Assembly: GCF_004010195.1 (NCBI RefSeq)
Contig: NC_057728.1
Span: forward strand, 40,070,918-40,134,917
DNA: 64,000 nucleotides
Direction: 5' to 3'
DNA from: Chiloscyllium plagiosum
Lineage: Eukaryota
In this document: positions 48,334 through 61,540 of the stretch, piece by piece
How the letters are laid out: the number at the start of each line of letters is the position of its first letter
Position numbering within the stretch: position 1 is the stretch's first letter
Notes under the pieces: model-generated
The model's database searches: none
Told to the model about the DNA's origin: nothing
Seen by the model: only the letters and a program-made list of their open reading frames with translations
Position numbers and translations under genes: made by a program

Positions 48334-49565
48334 AGAGTACACTGGAATGTTGATCAGCTGGGCCAATGGGCTGAGGAATGGCAAATGGAGTTTAGCATGG
48401 TTAAATGTTTCATTTTAGTAAGACAAGCCGGGGCAGGACTTACACAGTTAATGGTAGGGCCTTGTGGGGCAAGTGGGAGGTGGGGGTTGTTGATCAGAGA
48501 GATCTCAGGGTTCAGGTACATAGTTCCTTGAAAGTAGCATCACAGGTAGAGTGGTGAAGAAGGCATTTGGCACACTTGGCTTCATCGGTCAGAGCATTGC
48601 ATATAGGAGTTAATATGTGATGTTATGACATATGAGACATTGGCAATGCCACATTTGGAGTACTGCATACAATTTTGGTTGCCCTGCTGTGGGAAGGATG
48701 TTATAGAATGATACAGAATGGAAACAGATCCTTCTGTCCACGCCAACAATGTTCCCAAACCAATCTTGTCCCACTTGCCTGCATTTGGCCCATATGTCTC
48801 CAAACCATTCATATTTATGTACTGATCCAAATGTTGTTTAAATGTTGTAACTGTTCCTGCATCCATCACTTCCTCTGGCAGCTCATTCCACATATGAACC
48901 ACATTTTGTATAAAAAAAGTTGGCACTCATGTCCTCTTTAAATCTTTTTCCTCTCATCTTAAAAAGTGCCCCCTTATTTTGAAGTCCCCAACCCAAAGGA
49001 AAATACCCCTGCTCTTCACCCTATCTATATCCCTTGTGATTCTATAAACCTCTATAAAGTCACCCTTCAATCTCCTATGCTCCATTGAAACAGGGTCCAG
49101 CCTATTCAGCCTATCTTTATAACTCAACCTTTCCATTCTCAGCAACAACCTGATAAATCTTTTCTGAACACTTGCCAAGTTACTAATGTCCTTTCTATCG
49201 CAGGGGGACCAGAACTCTATACAGTGTTCCAGAAAAGGCCTCATTAATATCTAGTACAAAGTTCAACATGACATCCCAACTCCTATACTCAAATGAACAA
49301 TGAAGGAAAGTGTGCTAAATGCCTTCTTGTCCACCCTGTCTACATGTTGCGCAGATTTCAAAGAATTATGTACCCAAACCCCGAGGTCTCTCTGTTCTAC
49401 AACATTACCCAGGGCCTTACCATTAACATTATAAGTCCTGCCCTTTTTGCTTTACCAAGATGCAATATCTCATATTTTTCCAAATTAATCTCCATCTGTC
49501 ACTCCTCAGCCCCATTGACTCAATCGATCAAGATCTCTTTGTAATCTCAGATAACCTTCTTCATT

Positions 49566-50151
49566 TGCTAGTTTTGAGAAGATTTGTGGCTCAGGTTGAG
49601 GTTCTGGATGTATGTTTGTTCACTGAGCTGGAAGGTTCATTTCCAGACATTTCGTCATCCTACTAGGTAACATCTTCAGTGGGCCTCCTGGCGAAGCACT
49701 GCTGATAATACTTGCTTTCTATTTATATGTTTTGGTTTCTTTGAGTTGGTGATGTCATTTCCTGTGGTGATGTCATTTCCTGTTCTTTTTCTCAGGAGAT
49801 GGTAGATGGGGTCTAACTCAATGTATTTGTTGATAGAGTTCCGGATGGAATGCCATGCTTCTAGGAATTCTCGTGCGTGTCTCTGTTTGGCTTGTCCTAG
49901 GATGGATGTGTTGTCCCTGTAGAAGTGGTGTCCTTCCTTATCTGTATGTAAGGATACTACTGAGAGAGGGTTTTGTGGCTAGTTGATGTCCATGTATCCT
50001 GGTGGCTGATGGGACAAAACATCCATCCTACAAATAGAAAGCAGGAGTTATCAGCAGTGCTTCACCTGGAGCCCCACTGAAGATGTTATTTGTAGGATGA
50101 CAAATCGTCTGGAAATTGACCTTTCAGCTCAGCGAGCAAACCTACATTGAG
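49566..50151 (-). mobile_element. Truncated Penelope-like retroelement: GIY-YIG endonuclease C-terminus plus inverted terminal repeat; hammerhead at 49646-49679 (-)
   Basis: Minus strand ATRIHGHQLATK..SLHTDKEGHHFYRDNTSILGQAKQRHAREFLEAWHSIRNSINKYIELDPIY. 49610-49725 is inverted at 50030-50150. TSD AACCTTCTTCATT 49553-49565 and 50152-50164. Confidence 0.8.
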
Positions 50152-52019
50152 AACCTTCTTCATTGCCCACTATACCACCAATTTTGGTGTCATCTACAAA
50201 TTTATTAACCAAGTTTCCTAAATTGTTTATATTAATTACAATCAAAAGTGGACCCAGTACTGATGCATGTGGAGCATTGCTGATAACAGGCCTGTAGTTT
50301 GAAAAACAAGCCTCCAGTCTCTTACCCTCAAGCCAAGTTTGTATTCAGTTGGCAAGCTCTTCCTGAATCCCATGTGATTTAACTTTATTAAACTGGAAAA
50401 GGTACACAAAGATTGACAAAGACATTACCGAGACTGGAGGTTTGAGTTATAAGGAGAAGCTGGATAGGTTTGATAGACTTTATTCCCTGGAGCATAGGAG
50501 GCTGAGGGGTGACCTTATGGAGTTTTATGAAATCATGAGGGTCATAAATAAGGTGAACAGTCGAGGCCTTTTCCACAGGGAATCAAAAATTGGGGGCTTA
50601 AGGTGAGAGGGGCAAGATTGAAAAGGGACCCAAGAGGAAATTCTTTCACACAGAGGATGGTGCGTGTATGGATCTAGCTGCCAGAGGAAGTGGTAGAGGT
50701 GAGTTCAATTATAACATTTAAAAGACATTGAGGCACATGGATAGGATAGGTTTACAGTGATGTGAGCCAAAAGCATGCAAATTGGACTAATTCAGTTTCA
50801 GAAAACAAGTCGGCATGGACAAGTTGGACTAAAGGGTATGTTTCCATGCTGTATGACTCTATGACTCTATCTCTGAAAACAGAAACAAGTCAATATTTTG
50901 AGGCCAAGTTAATTCAGTCCTTTAGAATTTTGGCTTCATTGTCATAATGTTGTGCTTTGTCCAAAATTGATAATTGGAGACTGTCAAAGATTATACTATA
51001 TCATTCTTAATTTGATGGACTTAAACTTGTTTACTGCATACATTCGGATAAAAATGGATCCTATGGAGAAGCCAGCCCCATGATCTTTGTCTTAAAAAAC
51101 AATGTTTGTAGTGATCGTAAAGGGGTCAGCCAGGTGGATCTCATAGAATATGAGTTCCCTAATTGGGACTCTTAATCTAGTCCAATCAGGGAGCCCTGAC
51201 AAAAACAGGAGTGTCAACATCCTGTTTACTCTGCGAGCTGGCTCTGAGGAAGCTGGATCAGTGTTAAGGACTCTCCGTGTGTAAATAAAGGGTGACTTGC
51301 TAACAGGGTACCAGCTTCTGAGGAGTTATTTTAGTCGAGGAGAGTGGGATTATTGATGTAACTGTACAAAAGTGCTTACTAAGTGAAGCCCAACTGGAAC
51401 TTCAAACAAGCATTACAACTGGCTTTACCATTGGAAAATGCAGCAACTGGAGCATATGAATCAGAGGATATTCCAATGGAAGTGGACACCCTAACTAGGC
51501 TGACTGAGCTTGGGGAACACCACTCGAGTGAAGACAATTGCATAGCCTCACTCAGGACATATCCTGATCAGAGCTACTCTAGGTTAGCCCACAGCAAAAT
51601 GTCAAAACAAAGCCAAGCCTTGGCCAAACTGTTAAAATTCTCTTCAGGATCTGGGCTAGCAAGCCATTGTAGTTACTACCAGTATACCATTGTAGTTGCT
51701 ACTGAGAGAGCAAAAGATTCCCGCTAGACCTAAATTGAGTAAAATAACTCATAGATCGGTATCCAGGAGAGTGCACGTGCTGCAAAATCCACCAACATCT
51801 GCTTTGAAGCATTTCATTAGCTTAGCAATATCCAAATCAGAACCAGTCAAAATAAACGTCTGTTTAAATTGTCCCCCAGTTCCAATGGAGGTTGATACTG
51901 TCACGGCCGTTACATTGATCGCAGAACCAGTCTTTTCAAAATTAGCTCTGGACTCAAGACCTTAAGATTGCACAAGAGAATTCATACTGGGGAACCTTTA
52001 CAGATAAAGGGAACAACAA

Positions 52020-53530
52020 AAGACGGGCAAACTATAGGCTTGTCAGCTTTATTTCTGTACTGGGGAAAATGCTTGAACCTACCATTAAGAGAGAAATAGC
52101 GAGACATCTGGATAGAAATTATCCCATCAGGCAGATGCAGCATGGGTTCATTAACGGCAGGTCATGTTTAACTAATTTACTGGAATTCTTTGAGGATATT
52201 GCATGTGTGGTGGACAATGGGGAACTGGTGGATGTGTGTATTTGGATTTGTGGAAGGCATTCACCAATGTACCACACAAAAATCTGCTGCAGAAAATAAA
52301 GGTGCACAGCATTATCGGTAATATATTAGAATGGATAAAGGATTGATTAACTAACAGAAAGCAGAGAGTGGGCATAAATACGTGTTTTTCTGGTTGGCGA
52401 TTGGTGACTCATGGTGTTTTCTAGGGATCTGTGTTGATATTGCAATTGTTTACAATTTATATGAATGATGTGGAATTGGGGACCAGGTGCATTGTGTCAA
52501 AGTTTACAAATAACACTAAGATGAGACGTAGAACAAAGTGTGCAGAGGACACTGAAAGTCTGCAGAGGGATATAGATAGGTTAAGTGAGTGGGCAGGGGG
52601 TCTGGCAGATAGAATACAATGTTGGTGAATGTGAGGTCATCCATTTTTTTGGTAGGAATAACACCAAAATGGACTATTATTTAACTGGTGAAAAGTTGCA
52701 GCACGCTGTTGTGCAGAGGGATCTGGGTATCATTGTTCATGAATCACAAAAAGTTGGTTTGCATGTGCAACAGGTCATTAAGAAGGCCAATGGAATATTG
52801 TCCTTCATTGCTAGAGGGATGGAGGTTAAAAACATGTAGGTTATGCTGCAGTTATATGATGTGTTTTCTGAGGCCCCATCTGGAGTACTGTGTGCAGGTT
52901 TGGTCTCCTTACTTGAGAAAGGATGTAGTGGCACTGGGGAGGATACAAAGGAGGTTCACTAGGTTGATTCCAGAGTTGAAACAGTTAGCTTCTGAGGAGA
53001 GATTGAGTAGTCTGGGATTATACTCTTTGGAATACAGAAGAATGAGGAGGGATCTTATAGAAACATTCAAAATTATGAAAGGAAAAGAAAAGGTAGAATC
53101 AGGGAGGTTATTTCTGTTAGGTGAAAGTGATTATTGAAGATGCTGAAGATCAGAGTCAAGATTAGAGTAGTGCTGGAAAAGCACAGCAGGTCAGGCAGCA
53201 TCCGAGGAGCAGGAAAATTGACGTTTCAGGCAAAAGCCCTTCATCAGGAATCTTACTGGCAGGTGAAACTAGAATTAGGGGGCATAGCCTCAAAATAAAG
53301 GGGAGAGGATTAAGGACTGAGTTGAGGAGAAACTTCTTATCCCAAAGGGTTATGAATCTGTGGAATTCCCTGCCCTGTGACGCAGTTGAGGCTGCCTTGT
53401 TTAATGTTTTTATGGTGAGCGGTCAGCTAAGTGGAGCTGAGTTCACGAAAACAGCAGCCATGATCTTATTGAAGGGTGGAGCAGGCTTGAGGAGAATACT
53501 CCTGCACTCATTTCTTATGCTCTTATGTTT
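52020..53530 (+). mobile_element. CR1 LINE RT fragment nested in the Gypsy element
   Basis: QHGFINGRSCLTNLLEFFE, RPHLEYCVQVWSP, (tcttatg) tail. Confidence 0.88.
53135..53250 (-). mobile_element. Family A Penelope-type tail with hammerhead core at 53220-53247
   Basis: Minus strand CTGATGAAGGGCTTTTGCCTGAAACGTC (core intact, one G-U pair in stem II). Confidence 0.8.
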
Positions 53531-54945
53531 GAACTTCAGTTCAGATCTCTTGTGAAATGCAATTGGTTCAGTTACCACTGACTGTAGTAAAAGGTTCAGA
53601 ACCAAGCCTGATGGGGTGAAATTGGTCAAGAAAGATTCTACTGGAGTGGCTCAATATTTACTGACTAGAAAATGGCAGCAACTCTTAAAAAAGAGTCTAC
53701 CTTGGAAATGGTCGCACAGACAAACCATAGCTTTCATGGAAGTGAGGAAACAGCTATCATTCTCTAAGGTGTTGGCATACTGTGATTCCAGGCAAGATCT
53801 GGTTTTCACAAGCAATGCCTCCCCATATGGTATTGGGGTAGTATTAGCTCATAAGTGGTCCAATGGAGAGAAATGCCCAATAGCGTATGCATCCTGGACA
53901 TTGGCTGATGCAGAGTGTAAATATGCCCAGACTGAGAAGGAAAGCTTGGTGGTCATATTTGGAGTCAGAAAGTTCCACCAATATATTTTCGGATGCAAGC
54001 TTGGACCACAAACCCCTGCTAGGTCTATTTAAAGAGGAAAAGGCAGTGCCGCCCATAGCTTCAGGCCAAATTCAGCAGTAGCTCTAATATTAAATATGTA
54101 TAACTAAAGTTAAAACGCCATCTGGGAGGTCAAGTAGCGAATGCAGATGCATTGAGCTGCCTCCCAATGGCAGATACACCACCAGAAGAGTCCATAATGA
54201 TTTAAAATTTTCTGGATACACATCCAGTCACAGCTGACAATATCAGACTTTGGATGCAGAAAGATCTGTTCCTGGCAAACGGTGATGGGGAATACCAAAG
54301 GGCCATTTCAATCAGAATTGAAATCATTTTGAACCCAGAGAGACCAGATCACAGTAGAGGACAGCATGTTATTATGGGGAGGAACTGTGATTGCCCAAAG
54401 TATTGGTTGCTGCCAGATACTGGTGTAACTCTACCAGTGCGTCATCCAGGGGTTTCCAAAATGAGGATGTTAGTGAGAAGTTATGTCTGGTGGCCAAGAT
54501 TGGATGCAGACATAGCTGCGTTGGTGGAGCAGTGTCCAGAGTGGCAACAGGGACAAAATGTACTGCCAGCAGCACCCCCACATTTGTGAGAATGGCTGGT
54601 TAAAATCAATCATGTATGACAGTCCCTCAAACACACTTCTCACTTAGAAATCTGCCATCATCTGCACATGACTTAAAAATATTGATCTCAACAATTGAAT
54701 CTTTACATGAGTGAATATGGTAAATCATTAAACAATAAAACTTAATACATGTATAATTATTTTAATGAATAAAAATAATCCAAGACATAAGGAAAAAGAT
54801 AAGCATTGAGCCAAGCAATGAGACATCGGGATGGGTAATCAAAAACTTGGTGAAAGAAATAGATTTTGTAGATGATTGTAAAGGCAAGAAAAGGGATGCC
54901 AGGCACCACACTGAGATAGTTACCTGCCTTACACATCTCCTGGGA

Positions 54946-55320
54946 AAGCGATGGCAGAGTGATAATCCACTGGACTGTTCGTCCAGAAACCCAGGAAATG
55001 TTCTGGGAACATGGGCTTGATTCCCATCATGGCAGATGGTGGAATTTGAATTCAATAAAGTGTCTGGAATTACAAGTCTAACGATGACCATTGCCGATGA
55101 TTGGAAAACCCCTTCCAGTTCATTAATGTCCTTTAGGGAAGGAATCTGCCATTCTTACCTGGTCTGATCTACATGACTTCAGATCCACAGCAATGTGGGC
55201 AACTTTTAACTGCCCTCTGGGTAACTAGGGGTGTGTAATAAACTACCCTCTAGGTAATTCAGGGTGTATAATAAATGCTGGCCTAGCTCGCAATGGCCTC
55301 ATCCTGTGAATGAATGGAAA
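54946..55320 (+). mobile_element. DeuSINE-like (SacSINE1/AmnSINE-type) SINE
   Basis: tRNA-like head, core gtcctttagggaaggaatctgccattcttacctggtctg, LINE-derived tail aataaatgctggcctag...tgaatgaa. Confidence 0.65.
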
Positions 55321-58300
55321 AACCACAGCCACTCATCTGTTTAGGTTACAACCGAGTGCCTGTGAAATCCTCTTTATTAATTCACTGCAGGGAAGCATGA
55401 GATGTGAATTGATTCATTTTGGGAGAAAAGATGAGAGAAGCAATACAAAACAAAGATAACAATTTCTATAGGGTTTATAGGAACAGAGGCATTTGGGTTT
55501 ATATGTGCATACAGTCATTGACAGTGGCAGAATACATTGACAGGTTGAGTTGGGTAGTAAAGAGAGACAGAGTCGAAGGGCAAACAAGTTATGGTAAATA
55601 TGTGCAAAACGTTCCTTTGGCCTCAACTGTGTGTCTATGACTCCATGACTCTATGAATATTGAGTCCAGTTCTGGGCAGCTCATTTCAGGAAAGATGTGA
55701 AGGAATTAGAGAGTGTGTAGATTCATGAGCATGAGGCCGAAAAGCTTTAGTCATTTCGGTAGACAGGAGAAGTTGGGACTGTTGTCCTTAGAAACAAGAA
55801 GGTTGAGAGGAGGCTTGATAGAGATATTCAAAAGCATGAAGGTTCTGGACAGTCTGGATGGAAGGTATTTGAGAACAAGAGGTCTGAAGAAATTGGCAAA
55901 CAAAGGCAACACGAGGAAAATATTTTTATGCGTCAAATGGTTAGGATCTGGAATTCAGTACTTGAGAGTGTGGTCGAGCCAGATTCAACTGAGGCATTCA
56001 AGAGAGAATAAATGTATTCTTTAAAAAGTAAGAAGGTACAGTGCTATATGATGCAGGTGAGGGGAGTAGCACTTGGTGAATTACTGCTTTAGAGAGCTAG
56101 CATTGTCATAAATGGTCGAATGTGCTCTCTGTGGTATAAATACTTTATGTACAGCATACTGGTAAGCACAAACACAAATCAAATCTGAGATACTGTAGCA
56201 CAAAATATTTGAACCTGTTTTCTGCAAGAAAAATAATCCCACATAGAAACATTTTCACACTCTTTTATCTGTTATACATTAGAGACAATGTTTGTAATAG
56301 CAGCCACGTGTGTTTAAGACAATAATGCTATCACTTGGTGGCATTACCATCATAAATCACTAAGTGCTTCACACTTTTAGAGTTAGTATGCTTACAATAA
56401 ACCAAGTTATATTACTGAGATAATTTCCTGAGCTGTCTGAACTTTACATTGCAAACATTCAATCATACACTAACACATATCTGCACAAAAAAAAATCATT
56501 TACTTGGTTGACAATGTTATTTATAAAGCTGGTGTACTCATCTGAAATATTCAAAACATGTATCAGTTTCTCTAGTAACAACATAGTGTACCGTGCTTCA
56601 AATGACAGTCCTCAGTTGTGGCAGGGTGCAAAACCTACCTTTTTTGAACCACTTTGCATAAAAGTAGATACTTTAAATAAATAAAAATGGATGTGAACTA
56701 TAAATATGATAAATAGAAGAGGAATAAGTATGATTTGGCATTCCTGAGTCCTAATCCTCTCTTGCTCATCATGTGTAAATCATCAGGTAAACCTACACCA
56801 TACACATTACCTCAAGATATTTATCTTCATTCTTAACATGGATGTGTGAAACATGCACATTACTTTGCTGGTTTAGAGACCTCTTCATCAAATTTACAGT
56901 TGATAGAAATTCAAATAAAAGAATCATTAGGCATTATGACAACTTAAACCTAAACTGTAAAATAAGAACTTGTTCACTGTAGCTCAAGTCAAAACAGTTT
57001 AAGTGGTTCCATGACCATGAATTCCAATCCCTGTACTAATTGTTGAAAAGTGCAAAATAGCTCAGCTATGTACGAACATTATTGCTGTTAGCATTCAAAT
57101 TTTATGGAATGGCATTTCTAACACTAAAAATTGGATACACTTGTCAGTGCAATAGAGTGTGGTTGAACTTTTAACTTTAATTAACTCTCAAAAATATGTA
57201 TCTGATGTTGAGCTGGATCACTGATATTTTCTCTAAAACTTTATTACAAATTTTAGTTATGCTGATATAAAGGTACTTTGCACTCGGCTGTAGTACTTGG
57301 AAATTATGCACTCAGTGTTACAAAGCTGGTTTGACTTAAACACAGAAATATAGAAATAGCTAAAGAAAATCGAACCAACACCATGGCCCTGTTCTTTGGG
57401 AACTGGGCTGACCGATCATTTGTCCTCTTCACTGTCAGGTCAAATGAGATCATGGTGCTGGAGATAAGATTGGAGGGGCAAGGATGTGCTCGAAAAACTG
57501 GAAATAGAGACAAGCCATGGCTAGAATTGTGCATGTGGAAGCAATGCTTCCTCTTCATTCTGAGTAAGAACCTGGTCATCAGGTGGTAGGTGCTCTCAGT
57601 ATTGCAGGTGGTGCAGGTCTGATCCATTTCTCAACCATGGCAATAACCTGAGCCATCTTCCATTTCATCTGGAAATCTCAGACGAACTGTATTTGTAGGG
57701 ACATAATTAAAAACCACTTGCTAAAAAGTGAAAAGTTATAACCAACTTAGTCTGAAGGCCAGCTTTGCATGCAACTACATCAGGTTATGTGTAGATCCTC
57801 AATACACAAACACTAAATATCACGACATGCTGATGTTCTACTAGTTCCTGGTATTGCAAACAATGGGTCTGGCTACATTGCTGCTGAACACTTCAAGCAG
57901 TTGGACCATGCTGTGGTATCTGTCGTTCATGGAGATGTTAACACTAAAAATACCTTTTACCAGAGCTCCATCAGGCTGTGGTCAGCACATAAGGACCTCA
58001 AGAATAAACAATAATCTATTCTGCAGCTCTCTAAATTCTATTATGTCAAGGGAAACACTGTTGGTGAATTAAAAAAGAATTACATGGGTTGCATTTTCAA
58101 CAACTGTCTGTTGAAGGACAGGTCCAATCAACAGCACTATGAGCTTCACCAGGCAGATTCGAAATCTAATTTAGCCATAACAGGAATTGAACCACACATT
58201 GTTGGCACCAACCTGGTCTTTACCAGCCAACTGATCCATGGGCACCATGCCTACTGCGGCATAAAAGTCCTGCAGGCTGCATCCATGGGGGAGGATTTAT

Positions 58301-59499
58301 TTTGTCCATTACTAAACTCCATGACTTGTGGTAATTTAGGTCAGAAGCTCTGAAACTTTCATTCTGAGAGAAGTATCAAGCCTGGTTTGAATAAATTGAT
58401 GATTAGTGAAGTTGGGAGTTTAATTTTCTTATTTCAGGTCATTAACTCTTGGATTGATTCAAAAGATTTACATTTTACACATGCGTGCACGGTGTAGTCA
58501 GTATTGTCAAAGTGCAAAATGACGCAAGTTAAATTTTCCTTTTCAGCAATGATTATCTTCTATTTCCAAACTTGACTACCCACATCTTCATAAAAAATTT
58601 AAGTTTAATGTGATTATCTAGTGTTTTATTACGTGAACTCAAGTATCTGCAATAGCCAAGAGATTTGATAGAGTGATTGGTTTGAATGCATATTCACTTC
58701 ATAAGGTTTTGCTTTGTTCTCATCTTTCTCCCCTCTTCCCTTAAACACAAAGTCATGCTGAGATGTGATTGCTCAAGGACTGGTGGATCTCCCATACCTG
58801 ACCCAAACGAATTTGCATACACAAACTGAGAACGTGTGTTGCCACGGGGTTTCCAGTCAATCAAGGGTAACAAAGCCATGAACTATTTTGTCATCATCAA
58901 AGTTCAATAATTGAGTAATTTCCATTTTAGTTCATTGGACTGCAGCATGGTATGGGAAACCAAAGCTAATTTTTCACCTTTGTAGCCCAGCAGTGATGTT
59001 GTGCTCAGGTTTCATGTTTTGAGTTGATAGTTTGTGATGTCAAATAATATAACTAACTTTAAAATGAACGGAACAGATGGGTAAGCAAGAAACAAAACTG
59101 CATTGTGTCAGTCCCAAGGAATATATTGTGGGATATAATCTTCCTTTTACTTCTAGAATATTTTTAAGCTATTAAAATTCCACATAGATTATAATGGTTC
59201 CAAAATTGTAAGGAAAGAGCAGTACTCATTCTTAGTGAAATTAATTTGGAAAATATTTGGCAAGATAAAATGCATCCATGAGTTTTTCTTTACCAGACTT
59301 TATAATAATTTCAATGTTGTGAATGGGTCAACTTTCACGTAGCGGCTATCATATTAATTATGTGATTAATGAGCAAGAACAAATATAAAATTTTAATTTC
59401 TAGAATTAGCTATAATAAATTCATTAATAATTCCATGAAATGTAATTAAAGATGATTGGTTTCCAGTTATATTAGTTGTTGAAATATAACAATTTGGAG

Positions 59500-61540
59500 C
59501 TCCTTTTGCTCAGTAAAAATATATTCCGGTGGGAAGGAAAGACTAAGAGGAGGGGTAATATGCCATAGGTGTCTTAGGAAATAAGGCAGGCTATCAAAGT
59601 GAAATAGAAGACCAAACAAAAGGCTAAAAACAGCAGGAATCCAGAAAGCCTCAAAAAAAGCTCTAAAGAAAAGTAAGATAGAGTATAATAAAAAAAAGTA
59701 CAGAATATATAATTCAGATAGCAAAAGTTTCTAAAAAAAAATGAAAAAGAGTGGCTAAAGTTTAGAGGATGAGAAGAGGCAATTAGTTATGGGATATGAT
59801 GAAATAGCTGAGGCATTGAATAGGTACTTTGCATCGGTCTTCACAGCAGAGGATACTAATAACATGCCAGTAAGTGACAAAGAGACAAAGGTAGATGAGG
59901 ACCTGGAAACAACTAATATTACAGAAGAGTTAGTGTTGGGTAAGCTAATGTAGCTAAGGATAGATAAGTCTCCTGGCCCTGATGGAATGCATCCCAGGGT
60001 ACTAAAAGAGATGGCGGGAGAAATAGCAGGTGGACTGGTGGTAATTTTCAAAAATGCGTTGGATTCTGGGGCAGTCCCCGCAGATTCAAAAATAGCAAAT
60101 CTGATGCCACTGTTTAAAGAGGGAAGTAGACAAAAGTTGGGGAAGTATAGACCAGTGAGCTTAATCTCTATAGTGGGGAAGATACTTGAGGCTATTAGAA
60201 TATCAAGTAAGAAATAGCAGGGCATCTTGAAAAAAATGGTCCCATTGTACAGATACAGCATGGGTTCATGAAGGGCAGGTCATGCTTGACATATCTTTTG
60301 GAATTCGATGAAGACATTTCAAGGAACCCAGTGGATGTGGTGTACCTAGATTTCCAAAAGGACTTTGACAAGATGCCACACATGAGGCTGCTGCATAAGA
60401 TAAGGATGCATGGTGTTGGGGTAGAGAATTAGAGTGGATAGAGGATTGGTTGACTGACAGGAAGCAAAGAGTGGGGATAAATGAGTGCTACTCTGGCTGG
60501 CAATCAGTGACTATGGTGTGCCTCAGGGATTGGTATTGGGACCGCAATTATTCACAATTTATATAGATGACTTGGAGTTGGGGACCACATGTACAGTGTC
60601 AAAATTTCCCGATGACACTAAGATGAGTAGCAGAGCAAAATGTGTAGGGGACTGTGAAACTTTGCAAAGGAACATTGATACATTGAGTGAGTGAGCAAAG
60701 GTCTGGCAGATGGAGTACAATGTTAATAAATGTGAAGTCATGCATTTTGGTAGGAGTAACAGCAAAATAGATTATTACTTGAATGGTAAAATGTTGCAGC
60801 ATGCTGATTTGCAGAGGGACTTGGGTTTCCTTGTGCATGAATTGCAGAAGGTTGGTCTGTAGGTACAACAAGTAATTATGAAGACAAATGTAATTTTGTC
60901 CTTCATTGCTAAAGGGGTTGGGTTTAAAAGCAGAGAGATAATGTTATAACTGTACAAGGAGCTGGTGAGGCCACACGTGGAGTACTTTATGCAGATGTGG
61001 TCTCCTTACTTAAGAAAAGATGTACTGGCATTGGAGGGATGCAGAGGACGTTCACAAGGTTGATGCCGGAGTTGAGGAGGTTGGCTTATGAGGAGAGGCT
61101 GAGTAGACTGGGATGATATTCATTTGAATTCAGAAGAATGAGGGGATCTTACAGAACTATATAAAATTATGAAGGGAATTGATAAAATAGAAATAGAGAG
61201 GAAGTTTCCACTGGCAGGTGAGACTAGGACAAGAGGGCATGGCCTCAGGATTAGAGGAAGGGGTTTAGAATTGAACTGAGAAGGAACTTCTTCACCCAGA
61301 GGGTTGTTAATCAATGGAATTCCTTGCCCAGGGAAGTAGTTGACAATACTTCAGTAATTGCTTTTAAAGCTAAGGTAGATACTTTTTTTGAAAAATAAAG
61401 GAATTAAGGGAGATGTTGAAAACGTGGGTAAGTGGAGGTGAGTCCACGAAAAGTCCAGCCACGATCTTATTGAATGGTGGAGCAGGCTTGAAGGGCCAGA
61501 TGGCGTACTCTTGCTCCTAGTTCTTATGTTCTCATGTTCT
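59500..61540 (+). mobile_element. CR1 LINE ORF2 fragment (RT)
   Basis: HPRVLKEMA, ANLMPLFKEG..YRPVSLIS, GVPQGLVLGPQLFTIYIDDL, (tcttatg) tail. Confidence 0.9.

Larger units (their letters stand above)
47830..50870 (+). mobile_element. CR1 LINE (+) interrupted by an HE1 SINE and by a minus-strand CR1 (about 48706-50390)
   Basis: The + element breaks at ggaaggatgttat (about 48705) and resumes at taaactggaaaagg (about 50390). The intervening minus-strand ORFs 48582..48926 and 48954..49244 are CR1 RT C-termini. Confidence 0.8.
51107..54600 (+). mobile_element. Decayed Gypsy/Ty3 LTR retrotransposon (5' LTR, gag, protease, RNase H, integrase remnants) split by a CR1 insertion
   Basis: LTR-like 51107-51333 (TGT start, AATAAA). 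Protease PMEVDTVTAVTLI; RNase H NASPYGIGVVLAH..PIAYAS..YAQTEKESLVVIFGVRKFHQY; integrase Zn finger HPGVSKMRMLVRSYVWWP..VEQCPEWQ. Confidence 0.85.

Noticed and set aside
57383..58353. Short ORFs as IL26 or IFNG exons
   Set aside because: No signal-peptide exon pattern, helix-F signature or compatible splice phases.
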